The notes beneath the pieces were generated by a model. The model worked only from the letters and a program-made list of their open reading frames with translations, ran no database searches and was not told the DNA's origin. From contig JBJKPE010000052.1 in the NCBI GenBank assembly GCA_046706685.1, positions 2,198-66,197 on the forward strand: DNA of 64,000 bases, read 5' to 3'. Origin of the DNA: Thermodesulfovibrionales bacterium. Its GTDB lineage: Bacteria > Nitrospirota > Thermodesulfovibrionia > Thermodesulfovibrionales > UBA6898. The translations under genes and the position numbers were made by a program. Positions 48,017 through 56,813 of the stretch are shown one piece after another. Position 1 is the stretch's first letter; each line of letters opens with the position of its first letter.

Positions 48017-48565
48017 TTACTGAATGGTAAAGTTGGTCATCCAAAGGTAGTAAGTCGACATATTGGCACCCGCCGGGGCTGCCATAAGGCCCATAGTATA
48101 TGTCCCCTTAGGGAGTGACGAAGTCGGGATGTTTCCGAACATGGCCTGGTTTACGCTGGTTACACCTGACATCCATGGCGTAACGCCCGACGACGCGGGC
48201 TGAAGTGACCCGTCCGGCCGCAGCATGTAGATATTGAAGGGATCAATCGAGGGGGCATACAGGGCAAAATACATATCCACCGGACTGGCGAACTCACTTG
48301 TTGCCACCTGGACCGAAAGTGTATTGCCGCCCATGGCGACCGAGCCGACCCCTATAGGCATCGTGGTCGTAAAATCGGTACCCGTTAGAGGCGCGCTCGT
48401 TGCCCCATATGTGAACATCTGCTGGGATGTGGGCAATTGCATCATGCCGGAGCCCATTGATGCTCCTCCTCCGCCTATCATCATCGCATCCGAGTATGCG
48501 GCGAAAGCGAACACCGCGACTATTGTCAAAATAAGTACCTGAACTTTTCCTGCAACTTTCTTCAT
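48017..48565 (-). CDS. Secreted hypothetical protein with Met/Gly-rich mature N-terminus (leader paralogous to the 47743 gene)
   Basis: I moved the start to the ATG at 48565, after an AAAGGAGAGG RBS. The signal peptide is MKKVAGKVQVLILTIVAVFAFAAYSDA and the mature protein opens MMIGGGGASMGSGMM. I recognise no family. Confidence 0.6.
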   Translation of the reverse strand: MKKVAGKVQVLILTIVAVFAFAAYSDAMMIGGGGASMGSGMMQLPTSQQMFTYGATSAPLTGTDFTTTMPIGVGSVAMGGNTLSVQVATSEFASPVDMYFALYAPSIDPFNIYMLRPDGSLQPASSGVTPWMSGVTSVNQAMFGNIPTSSLPKGTYTMGLMAAPAGANMSTYYLWMTNFTIQ

Positions 48566-49051
48566 TCTTTCCTCTCCTTTAAACATCGAACAATTTGTTT
48601 GTAAAGCAGATTCGAATCTATTTGCTAAGCTTAGTATATAGAAGAAATGTGAAAGAAAGTTGAAAATCAGATTAAAAGATCTTAATGTCGGGGTTGACTT
48701 CAGTGTCTTAAAAGAATTCTTTGTCTTACCCGCGCTATTCTCAAAAAAAGCTCGCTAAAGCTCAAAAGAAATAGCGAACAGTTTCGATGCCTTTGGTATC
48801 AATGAGCCGGCAAAGAACAAGACCAAAAGAAAGGAACTTAACAGTCCTGTCATTTGACAGCACTACAAGAAAGAGAGATGATTGTGAAAGGACCTGTTCC
48901 GGCGAATGAGGTGATCGGCGAGAATTAAGGAGGTCGGGCAGGGTGTGACAATCGGAAGAGCCTCCGTGGCAGCAGGTGAAAGACCTTGCCATAAAGCCGC
49001 AGCAGTAGAAATGGCCCACTTTCAAATCAAAAAAACAGAGGAGGTGCAATT

Positions 49052-49459
49052 TTGAGGAAGATATTTTTTATTAGTATTGTGATTCTCGCTCTGTCGGTGA
49101 CCTATGGCTTTGCCGAGACGGGAAACGGCATGATGGAGGGTCGGCAGGGCGGCATGATGGAACACGGCAAGATGATGCGGCACGAGGGCATGATGGAGCA
49201 CGGGCAGATGATGAACGACATGATGGAAATGACGGGCCGGATGTCGGAAATGATGGGCAAGCTATCGGGGATGATGAAGGACATGCCGCAGGACAGGATG
49301 ATGAAGGCTTCTGAATTGATGAGGGATATGTCGCACCAGATGATGGAAATGTCGAAGATGATGAGAAGGGGCAAGGCTTCTTATAAAGAGATGAAAAAGT
49401 TGCAGGGCAGGATGACGATGATGCAGAAGAGCTTCTCCGGGATGGGAATGATGCAATGA
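49052..49459 (+). CDS. Periplasmic methionine-rich protein (about 36 Met in 135 aa)
   Basis: A TTG start lies 6 nt after an AGAGGAGG RBS. The signal peptide is [21 protein letters not shown]. The mature part is built of MM dipeptides and MxH/HxM units ([22 protein letters not shown]...). The gene ends 37 nt upstream of copA. Confidence 0.7.
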   Translation: MRKIFFISIVILALSVTYGFAETGNGMMEGRQGGMMEHGKMMRHEGMMEHGQMMNDMMEMTGRMSEMMGKLSGMMKDMPQDRMMKASELMRDMSHQMMEMSKMMRRGKASYKEMKKLQGRMTMMQKSFSGMGMMQ

Positions 49460-49496
49460 GGTAGAAGCCAGGATATATGATCATGACGAGGAAGAC

Positions 49497-51908
49497 ATGA
49501 AAGTCACCGATCCGGTTTGTCGCATGACGATCGAGGACAGCGAGGCCACTGCCTCTTCGACATACAAGGGAAAGACCTATTATTTCTGCTCGAAGCCCTG
49601 CAGGGAGGACTTCGACAAAAATCCCGGGTCTTACATTGCGGACAAGGCGGAAGCCAAACAGAGCGGCGGCACTGAAAAGGTAATTGACTACACCTGCCCA
49701 ATGCATCCGGAGTTAAGGCAGTCCAAACCCGGAGCCTGTCCGAAATGCGGCATGGCACTGGAGCCGGTGGAGCCGTCAATTCCATTGAGCAAGACGGAAT
49801 GGACCTGTCCCATGCATCCGGAAATCGTCCGCGATGCGCCGGGCAGTTGCCCTATCTGCGGCATGGCTCTGGAGCCGAAAACAGTTACGGCCGAAGAAGA
49901 GGAAAATCCCGAACTCATCGACATGACGCGGCGGTTCAATGTGAGCGTCGTACTCACGGTTCCCGTCTTTTTGATTGCGATGCGCCATTTTATCCCCGGA
50001 CTGTCGCCCCTCCTTGGGAGGGTTCCGGTATCATTTCTCACCTGGGCCGAACTCGTACTCTCGACTCCCGTGGTCCTCTGGTGCGCATGGCCCTTTTTCG
50101 TTCGAGGGTGGCAGTCTGTCGTCACCTGGAACCCCAACATGTTTACCCTCATCGGCCTCGGTACAGGGGTCGCATATGTGTACAGCCTTATAGCAGCCTT
50201 TTTCCCCGGGCTCTTTCCAGCGTCCTTCCGGACCGAGGGAGGGCAGGTGAGCGTCTATTTCGAGGCAGCGGCGGTAATCACCACCCTCGTACTTCTTGGG
50301 CAGGTGCTTGAACTCAGGGCCAGGAGCAGGACAGGGGCGGCGATAAGGGCGCTGCTCGGCCTCGCTCCCAAGACCGCCCGCCTCATAAGTGACGGCAATG
50401 AAGAGGATGTGCCCCTAGAACAGATTAACCCCGGCGACCTCCTTCGTGTGCGGCCGGGAGAGAAGATCCCTGTAGACGGAACCGTTATCGAGGGGTCAAG
50501 TTCGGTGGATGAGGCCATGATAACAGGCGAACCGATTTCTGTGGAGAAGGGAAAAGGCGACAGGGTAATCGGTGCAACCGTAAACGGGACCGGCAGTCTC
50601 GTCATGAAGGCCGAGAAGGTCGGTGCAGAAACCCTCCTGGCCCGGATTGTACATATGGTGGCCGAGGCGCAGAGGAGCAGGGCGCCGATCCAGAAACTTG
50701 CGGACGTGGTGGCCGCTTATTTCGTGCAGATCGTGGTTGCAATCGCAGTGGTCACCTTTGTCGTCTGGATGTGGCTTGGACCGGAGCCGAAGTTTACCAT
50801 GGCCCTTATAAATGCGGTGGCAGTGCTTATCATCGCCTGTCCCTGCGCCATGGGGCTTGCAACGCCCATGTCGATCATGGTGGCAGCGGGAAAGGGCGCC
50901 TCTGCCGGAGTGCTTTTCAAAAACGCCGAGGCGATAGAGGTGATGAAAGCGGTCGATACGCTTGTGACCGATAAGACAGGTACTCTAACCGAAGGGAAAC
51001 CGAAACTTGTCGAAGTTGTTCCCTCCGGCGGATTTGATGAGGAAGAGTTGCTCCGGATTGCTGCCGGCATCGAAGTTGGGAGTGAGCACCCTCTGGCGGC
51101 AGCTATAGTCTCCGGGGCGAAGGAAAAGGATATATCACCTTCAAAGGTTGAGTCGTTTCAGTCTCTCACCGGACGCGGGGTAACGGGTTTGATCGACGGA
51201 AAGAAGGTCGGCCTCGGCAACCTCTCCCTCCTTGACGAGCTCGGAATCCATCCCGGGGACCTCTCTACGAGGGCCGAGTCGATGCGGCGCGACGGACAGA
51301 CCGTCATGTTTGTTGTCGTCGACGGGAAGGCGGCAGGTCTTCTGGGGGTCGCCGACCCTGTCAAGGAGACGACATCAGAGGCCATTAAATCCCTTCATGG
51401 GGAAGGTATCCGGATTGTCATGCTTACCGGCGACAGCAGGACTACAGCGGAGGCGGTGTCAAAGAAACTCGGCATCGATGAGGTGATCGCAGAGGTATTG
51501 CCGGACCAGAAGGCCGACATCGTCAAACGCCTCCAGTCCGAAGGAAGGGTCGTCGCGATGGCCGGAGACGGGATCAATGACGCCCCGGCCCTTGCTCAGG
51601 CGCAGGTGGGTATCGCGATGGGAACAGGGACCGACGTGGCCATGGAGAGCGCCGGGGTGACACTCGTGAAAGGAGACCTGCGGGGGATAGTCCGCGCAAG
51701 AAGGCTGAGCAGGGCTGCGATGCGGAACATCAAACAGAACCTTTTTTGGGCCTTTGCCTACAACTCGGTGGGAGTGCCGCTGGCAGCCGGGGTGCTCTAC
51801 CCCTTCTTCGGGATCCTGCTGAGCCCGATGATAGCAGCCGCTGCGATGAGCTTCAGTTCGGTGTCGGTTGTTGCAAACGCGTTGAGACTGAGAAGAGTTC
51901 AGCTCTGA
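49497..51908 (+). CDS. copA: Copper(I)/silver-translocating P1B-type ATPase with YHS + 2x HMBD N-terminus
   Basis: It has a YHS domain ([10 protein letters not shown]...YYFCSKPC) and two CPMHPE...CPxCGMALEP modules. The TM metal site is CPC ([11 protein letters not shown]). DKTGTLT, TGD and GDGINDAP are all present. Confidence 0.9.
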   Translation: MKVTDPVCRMTIEDSEATASSTYKGKTYYFCSKPCREDFDKNPGSYIADKAEAKQSGGTEKVIDYTCPMHPELRQSKPGACPKCGMALEPVEPSIPLSKTEWTCPMHPEIVRDAPGSCPICGMALEPKTVTAEEEENPELIDMTRRFNVSVVLTVPVFLIAMRHFIPGLSPLLGRVPVSFLTWAELVLSTPVVLWCAWPFFVRGWQSVVTWNPNMFTLIGLGTGVAYVYSLIAAFFPGLFPASFRTEGGQVSVYFEAAAVITTLVLLGQVLELRARSRTGAAIRALLGLAPKTARLISDGNEEDVPLEQINPGDLLRVRPGEKIPVDGTVIEGSSSVDEAMITGEPISVEKGKGDRVIGATVNGTGSLVMKAEKVGAETLLARIVHMVAEAQRSRAPIQKLADVVAAYFVQIVVAIAVVTFVVWMWLGPEPKFTMALINAVAVLIIACPCAMGLATPMSIMVAAGKGASAGVLFKNAEAIEVMKAVDTLVTDKTGTLTEGKPKLVEVVPSGGFDEEELLRIAAGIEVGSEHPLAAAIVSGAKEKDISPSKVESFQSLTGRGVTGLIDGKKVGLGNLSLLDELGIHPGDLSTRAESMRRDGQTVMFVVVDGKAAGLLGVADPVKETTSEAIKSLHGEGIRIVMLTGDSRTTAEAVSKKLGIDEVIAEVLPDQKADIVKRLQSEGRVVAMAGDGINDAPALAQAQVGIAMGTGTDVAMESAGVTLVKGDLRGIVRARRLSRAAMRNIKQNLFWAFAYNSVGVPLAAGVLYPFFGILLSPMIAAAAMSFSSVSVVANALRLRRVQL

Positions 51909-52193
51909 ACCGGCCAAATCCTGTCACGGATCGGAAGTAAGGAGATGACTCTCAAAAAGAAAGAGATACGCCTGCCGGGAGAAATCGGTGAAGACTCTCA
52001 GTCTTCGTCCCGGCGCTTCTGTCGCGGCCGGTTGTTAAGCCGCGACATGCCCTCCAAGCTTTTGAGCATTGTTATAAGATAAATTGTCTTACCGGAGGAA
52101 ATAGTAGCCATAAAGTGCGTTCTTTCATTATTAAAAGCGATAGGCGGGAAAATGCGGCGAGGTATTTGAGGGAGCTTGAGGTAAAATCTGGAT

Positions 52194-52688
52194 ATGAAGA
52201 ATATGTCCCGCTTGAGGCATGAATTATTTCGTGTTGGGATTATCCTGAAGGGAATTGACGGAGTCCTGGAGATAATCGGCGGATTCTTATTCTTGATGAT
52301 AAGCCCCCCGGCCCTTAATAAAATCATCTATTACCTGACTCGGCATGAGTTAAGTGAAGACCCCAAAGACGTTATTGCAAATTATTTAATCCGCGCGGCC
52401 AGAGATTTTTCCATAAGCAATCAATTATTCGGATTTATATATCTTCTATCCCACGGCATAATAAAAATCGTCCTTATTTTCTCGCTTTGGAAAAGAAGGC
52501 TATGGTCTTATCCGGTTGCAGTGATATTCTTCGGCCTGTTTGGAACTTATCAAATGTATAAATATTATCTGGACCATTCTTTCGGGTGGATATTGTTAAC
52601 AATTCTTGATGTTTTCGTAATTACCTTGACTTTGCTCGAATACAGAGAGCTCAAGGGAAATTACAAGGCATCCTCGCCCGGCTCCTAG
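52194..52688 (+). CDS. DUF2127-family membrane protein
   Basis: LRHELFRVGIILKGIDGVLEIIGGFLFL plus four helices fits the family pattern as I recall it. Confidence 0.6.
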   Translation: MKNMSRLRHELFRVGIILKGIDGVLEIIGGFLFLMISPPALNKIIYYLTRHELSEDPKDVIANYLIRAARDFSISNQLFGFIYLLSHGIIKIVLIFSLWKRRLWSYPVAVIFFGLFGTYQMYKYYLDHSFGWILLTILDVFVITLTLLEYRELKGNYKASSPGS

Positions 52689-52951
52689 CCGACAGACAAC
52701 TGCCCGGTCCAGGGAACCAGTCACACCGAAGGGCTTATAGCCCCGGCAGTGGTCCTGCTGTAGTCCGCGGTCAGGCATGAAGGCAACCGCAAAAAAAATT
52801 CCGGGTAGAACGGTTCAAAATTTCTTCATAATAATAATGTAAAGTGAAACGTGGGATTTTCTGCCCCTGCCAAAAAGGTTATACCGAGGTTCGGCCAGGT
52901 GCTCAGGAAAAAGAAAGATATAAAATAGAGGTGGTTAACAGGAGGCGCGAT

Positions 52952-53332
52952 ATGAAAAAGTTTGCAGTATGTGCAGTGTTCCTGCTTCTTGCGGCGGGCA
53001 TCGCATACGCCAAGGATTACAGCGTCGGCAAGAAGGTCGGACCATATGACGTGAGCATCAGGATGGACCACAACCCGGCGGTAATCGGGGTCAACAGGGT
53101 CACCATCGAAGTAAAGAAAGACGCCGCCCCGGAGAACGATCTGGACCCTGAAGTCTACTATTTCATGCAGTCCATGCCGGCGATGAACTATACTGCCAGC
53201 GCCATGCGGAATGGTGACGCGTATACCGCCGTAATCAAACCGACGATGCCGGGCGAGTGGACGATGCAGGTAAAGATAAAGGGGCCGGACGGCAGGGTCC
53301 AGGTCGGGACATTCGAATTCAAGGCAGAATAG
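52952..53332 (+). CDS. FixH/YtkA-like periplasmic domain protein
   Basis: I moved the start to the ATG at 52952, after an AGGAGG RBS. A signal peptide is followed by an Ig-like FixH/YtkA pattern (P..IGVNRVTIEV......MQSMPAMNYT......GDAYTA...PTMPGEWTMQVKI). This family is commonly seen in Cu-resistance operons. Confidence 0.6.
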   Translation: MKKFAVCAVFLLLAAGIAYAKDYSVGKKVGPYDVSIRMDHNPAVIGVNRVTIEVKKDAAPENDLDPEVYYFMQSMPAMNYTASAMRNGDAYTAVIKPTMPGEWTMQVKIKGPDGRVQVGTFEFKAE

Positions 53333-53400
53333 CCGCCTCTCTTTCCGTCGAGCTTCATAACGTGCCTGTGTTGTGGTAAAATTCAGGGACAACGACCTAT

Positions 53401-54720
53401 ATGGAAAAGACAATGCCAGGGGGTAAAGGGAGGACATTTGTACCTGTAAAAGGTCTTTGTGCCGTCCTCATCGCGGTTTTTCTCCTGTTGCTCCTGCCCC
53501 TCCCTTCCAGGGCCGGGGGAACGGACGGCGATGCCGTTCTTGAAAAACTTGTAAATGAGGCCCTTGCGAACAATCCCGAGCTCAAGGCGCTGAAGGACAG
53601 GGAAGATGCCTTCAGCGACAGGCCTTCCCAGGAAGAATCGCTTGACAACCCGAAAGTCGGCTTCGCCCTTCTTGCCGTTCCCACAAACAGTTTCAGCTTT
53701 ACGCAGGAGCCGATGACCCAGAAGCAGATCTCGATTTCCCAGAAAATCCCTTTTCCAGGCAAGCTGCCCCTCAAGGGAGACATCGCAAGAAAAGAAACTG
53801 AAATCGTCAGGGAAGATTATGTGGAGAAGAAAAACTATCTGGTCATGCAGGTGAAGGAAGTATTCCGGAACCTGCTGCTGATCAACAAGACCATCGATGT
53901 TACGAAGGAAAACAGGGACCTCCTCAGGGAATTTGTGAAGACCACTGAGACAAAATATGCCGTCGGCGAGGGCATTCAGCAGGATGTACTGAAGGCCCAG
54001 GTCGAGCTCTCCAGGATGACGGACACGTTGATTACTCTTGAACAGAAGAAGGAGAGTACATCCGCCCGTCTGAACGTGCTGCTTAACCGGCCTGTCGGGA
54101 TACCCGTCACGGAGACCGGGGGAATAGCCATAGACGGGCTGAAGCATCCGGCTTTTGCTTTTACAGACGATGAACTTCAGAAGATCGCTGAGGCGAACCG
54201 GCCGGTTCTTATCGGTGCTAAACATCTTATAGAGCGGGACCGGCTGGCACTGAGACTGGCCGAGAAGAATTACTATCCGGATTTCGATGTAGGTGTGAGT
54301 TACGGGCAGCGTGATGAGAGGCCGGACTTTGTCTCCGGCTTCGTGATGGTTACGGTGCCTCTCTGGCATAAAACCAAGGAGGACAAGAAAGTGGCTGAAG
54401 AGAGGGCTAACATCCGTCAGGCGATCGAACAGTACAACGCAATGAAGAATACTCTGTTTTTCAGGATAAGGGACGCCGTTACTCAAATCGGGAAATATCA
54501 AAAAAAGATCGAACTGTTCAGAACGGGACTGCTGCCCCAGAGCAGGGCGGCCCTTGAATCGGCGATCTCGGGATATCAGGTGAACAAGGTGGACTTCATA
54601 ACACTCGTGAACAACCAGGTCACCCTTTATAACTATGAAATCGAATACTATCGGGCGGTGACCGATTACGAGAACGAGATATCCGATATTGAAGCGACCG
54701 TCGGGAAGAGGCTTCTCTGA
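53401..54720 (+). CDS. TolC-family outer-membrane efflux protein (CusC-like)
   Basis: The 439-aa protein has a signal peptide and two OEP-type repeats (ALANNPELKALK...; coiled-coil segments; YQVNKVDFITLVNNQ). It lies upstream of cusBA. Confidence 0.85.
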   Translation: MEKTMPGGKGRTFVPVKGLCAVLIAVFLLLLLPLPSRAGGTDGDAVLEKLVNEALANNPELKALKDREDAFSDRPSQEESLDNPKVGFALLAVPTNSFSFTQEPMTQKQISISQKIPFPGKLPLKGDIARKETEIVREDYVEKKNYLVMQVKEVFRNLLLINKTIDVTKENRDLLREFVKTTETKYAVGEGIQQDVLKAQVELSRMTDTLITLEQKKESTSARLNVLLNRPVGIPVTETGGIAIDGLKHPAFAFTDDELQKIAEANRPVLIGAKHLIERDRLALRLAEKNYYPDFDVGVSYGQRDERPDFVSGFVMVTVPLWHKTKEDKKVAEERANIRQAIEQYNAMKNTLFFRIRDAVTQIGKYQKKIELFRTGLLPQSRAALESAISGYQVNKVDFITLVNNQVTLYNYEIEYYRAVTDYENEISDIEATVGKRLL

Positions 54721-54780
54721 AAAGGATGGTTAGTTCCTTAGAGAGTGAAATGCTGTATAAGAAAGACGAAAAAAATACTG

Positions 54781-54941
54781 TTCACCGCAGAGGCGCAGAG
54801 GGCGCAGAGAGTGTAAGTTATATATTTCTGCTGAGAGGGCAGAAATATATAAACAGCCATAATGAGCTTTTTTGTTTTCCGGCCTCTCACCGGAAAACAA
54901 AATTAATTGTATCTCTGCGTCCTTTGCGTCTCTGCGGTGAA
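54781..54941. mobile_element. MITE-like element (161 bp) between the CusC-like gene and cusB
   Basis: The 30-nt terminal inverted repeats are ttcaccgcagaggcgcagagggcgcagaga and tctctgcgtcctttgcgtctctgcggtgaa (27/30 match). Two perfect internal hairpins lie at 54818-54852 (14-bp stem) and 54870-54902 (13-bp stem). Confidence 0.65.
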
Positions 54942-55001
54942 AATATTCTTGGGGTTCCGGCGTTGGCGGATAAGCGTGTTCATTAACCAGAGGAAATCGT
55001 C

Positions 55002-56813
55002 ATGAGCAAGAAGAAAACAGTTAAATATGTCTCTATAATTCTGGTCCTCCTGGTCGCTGGTGTATGGCTCATATCTCCCGGGGGGAAGAAGACGCAGGCA
55101 CCCGTGACAACCGCAAAAGAGAATGCCGCGGGAGGACAGGGGAAGGAAAAAAGAAAGATCAAATACTGGGTGGCTCCCATGGACCCTACATATATAAGGG
55201 ACAAACCCGGCAAGTCCCCCATGGGGATGGACCTTGTGCCCGTGTATGAGGGTGAAGGCGAAAGCGCCGAAGGCGTGGTAAAGATCGACCCGGTTACGGT
55301 CCAGAACATAGGTGTCAAAACGGCGGAGGTGACGCGGGGTCCGCTTATCGCCACCGTCCGCACGGTGGGACAGGTTACTTACAACGAGGGGACCGTCCAG
55401 CACATTCACACCAAGGTCTCAGGGTGGGTGGAAGATCTCTTTGTGGACACCACGGGGGCCGAGGTTTACAAAGGTGAGAACCTTCTCTCAATCTATTCTC
55501 CGGAACTCGTTGCGACACAGGAGGAATATCTCCAGGCACTGAGATATGAGCAGCAGACGGCAAGTTCTACTTTTAAGGATGTCTCCCGCGGTGGTAAGGC
55601 GCTTGTCGATGCGACGCGCCGGAGGCTACTCTTTATGGATATCGCCCCTTCTCAGATCGAGGCCCTCGAAAAGCGCGGCACGATCCAGAAGGCGATGATC
55701 CTGAAGTCGCCGACCCACGGGATTGTAATCGACAAGAAGGTTCTGGCCGGAATGAAGGTGACACCCGGCATGGAGCTTTACACCATAGCCGACATTTCAA
55801 ACGTCTGGGTGCTGGGTTCCATATATGAATATGAACTTCCTTTCGTTCGCAACGGCCAGGAAGCGGAGATCACACTACCCTATCAGCCGGGGGTTGTTTA
55901 CAGGGGCCGCATTTCGTTCATATACCCCTATTTGTCGGCGGCCAGCAGGACGGTGCAGATAAGGATAGATTTCAGGAATCCCGGGTTCAGACTGAAGCCC
56001 GATATGTATGTAAATGTGGCAATAACAACAAAGCTGGCTGAAAACGTACTGCAGGTGCCTTCCGATGCAGTTATAAGGACCGGTACCCACAACATCGTTA
56101 TCACGTCTCTCGGCGAGGGAAAGTTCCTGCCCAAAGATGTGGTCCTGGGATCGGAAGGGCAGGGGGTGGTAGAGATAAAATCGGGCCTTACAGAGGGAGA
56201 GAAGATCGTTACCTCAGGGCAGTTCCTTATCGACTCGGAGAGCAATCTGAAGGAGGCTATCAACAGGATGATCGGGGCGAAGTCGCCGGTGTCTGAAAAG
56301 ACCGGGGAGGGTGCCGGCGTTCAGACCTCCAAGACCACTGCAGGCGAAATTAAAGCGGCCGGAAAGGCGGCTCCTGAAACTGGCGGGGCGTCGGAAACCC
56401 TGAAACGGATGATGTCGGAAATTATCGACGCCTATATGAAGATTCACGGCGCTCTCGTGGCCGACTCGCCTGAGGGTGTAAAGACATACGCCGGGACACT
56501 TGCCGCCTCGACGGATAAACTCAGGGCGGCGGATACGAGGGGCACTTTGAGGGAGGTGACTGCTGCCATAAACCTGGCACTCCCCGGTTTGCTGTCGGGC
56601 GACATGAAAAAGGCCCGGGATGCCTTCGCGATACTGAGCCGGACGATGGTCGAATATGTGAAAGGGCCTGGGAAGGAAGAGGCGCATGCATCGGGAATCA
56701 AGATATTCTATTGCCCGATGCAAAAAGAGTCCTGGCTTCAAACGGGCTCGTCCGTCCGGAACCCCTTTCTCGGCAAGGACATGCTGATCTGCGGGAATGA
56801 GATCAGGTACTGA
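55002..56813 (+). CDS. cusB: Cu(I)/Ag(I) efflux RND periplasmic adaptor CusB with C-terminal DUF3347-like extension
   Basis: The N-terminal Met triad context KIKYWVAPMDPTYIRDKPGKSPMGMDLVPVY parallels E. coli CusB. An HlyD-type body follows. An extra ~180 aa ends in FYCPMQKESWLQ...NPFLGKDMLICG. Confidence 0.85.
   Translation: MSKKKTVKYVSIILVLLVAGVWLISPGGKKTQAPVTTAKENAAGGQGKEKRKIKYWVAPMDPTYIRDKPGKSPMGMDLVPVYEGEGESAEGVVKIDPVTVQNIGVKTAEVTRGPLIATVRTVGQVTYNEGTVQHIHTKVSGWVEDLFVDTTGAEVYKGENLLSIYSPELVATQEEYLQALRYEQQTASSTFKDVSRGGKALVDATRRRLLFMDIAPSQIEALEKRGTIQKAMILKSPTHGIVIDKKVLAGMKVTPGMELYTIADISNVWVLGSIYEYELPFVRNGQEAEITLPYQPGVVYRGRISFIYPYLSAASRTVQIRIDFRNPGFRLKPDMYVNVAITTKLAENVLQVPSDAVIRTGTHNIVITSLGEGKFLPKDVVLGSEGQGVVEIKSGLTEGEKIVTSGQFLIDSESNLKEAINRMIGAKSPVSEKTGEGAGVQTSKTTAGEIKAAGKAAPETGGASETLKRMMSEIIDAYMKIHGALVADSPEGVKTYAGTLAASTDKLRAADTRGTLREVTAAINLALPGLLSGDMKKARDAFAILSRTMVEYVKGPGKEEAHASGIKIFYCPMQKESWLQTGSSVRNPFLGKDMLICGNEIRY

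Noticed and set aside
48762-49049. 95-aa minus-strand ORF in the 465-bp spacer
   Set aside because: It is Cys/Phe/Leu-rich nonsense-like sequence with no RBS, and it would overlap the promoter region of both divergent operons.
48945-49055. 36-codon GTG-initiated upstream ORF whose stop overlaps the TTG start of the Met-rich gene
   Set aside because: The spacing to the AAGGAGG is 11 nt, the start is weak, and the peptide has no recognisable features. It cannot be supported without ribosome profiling.
51945-52082. 45-codon ORF with an AAGGAG RBS right after copA (MTLKKKEIRLPGEIGEDSQ...)
   Set aside because: The RBS is good, but the peptide is unremarkable and I cannot assess conservation. I left it unannotated.
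54726-54986. 86-aa ORF between the CusC-like gene and cusB (HRRGAEGAES...)
   Set aside because: It is the read-through translation of the MITE inverted repeats and hairpins. It has no RBS and looks like a typical repeat-derived pseudo-ORF.
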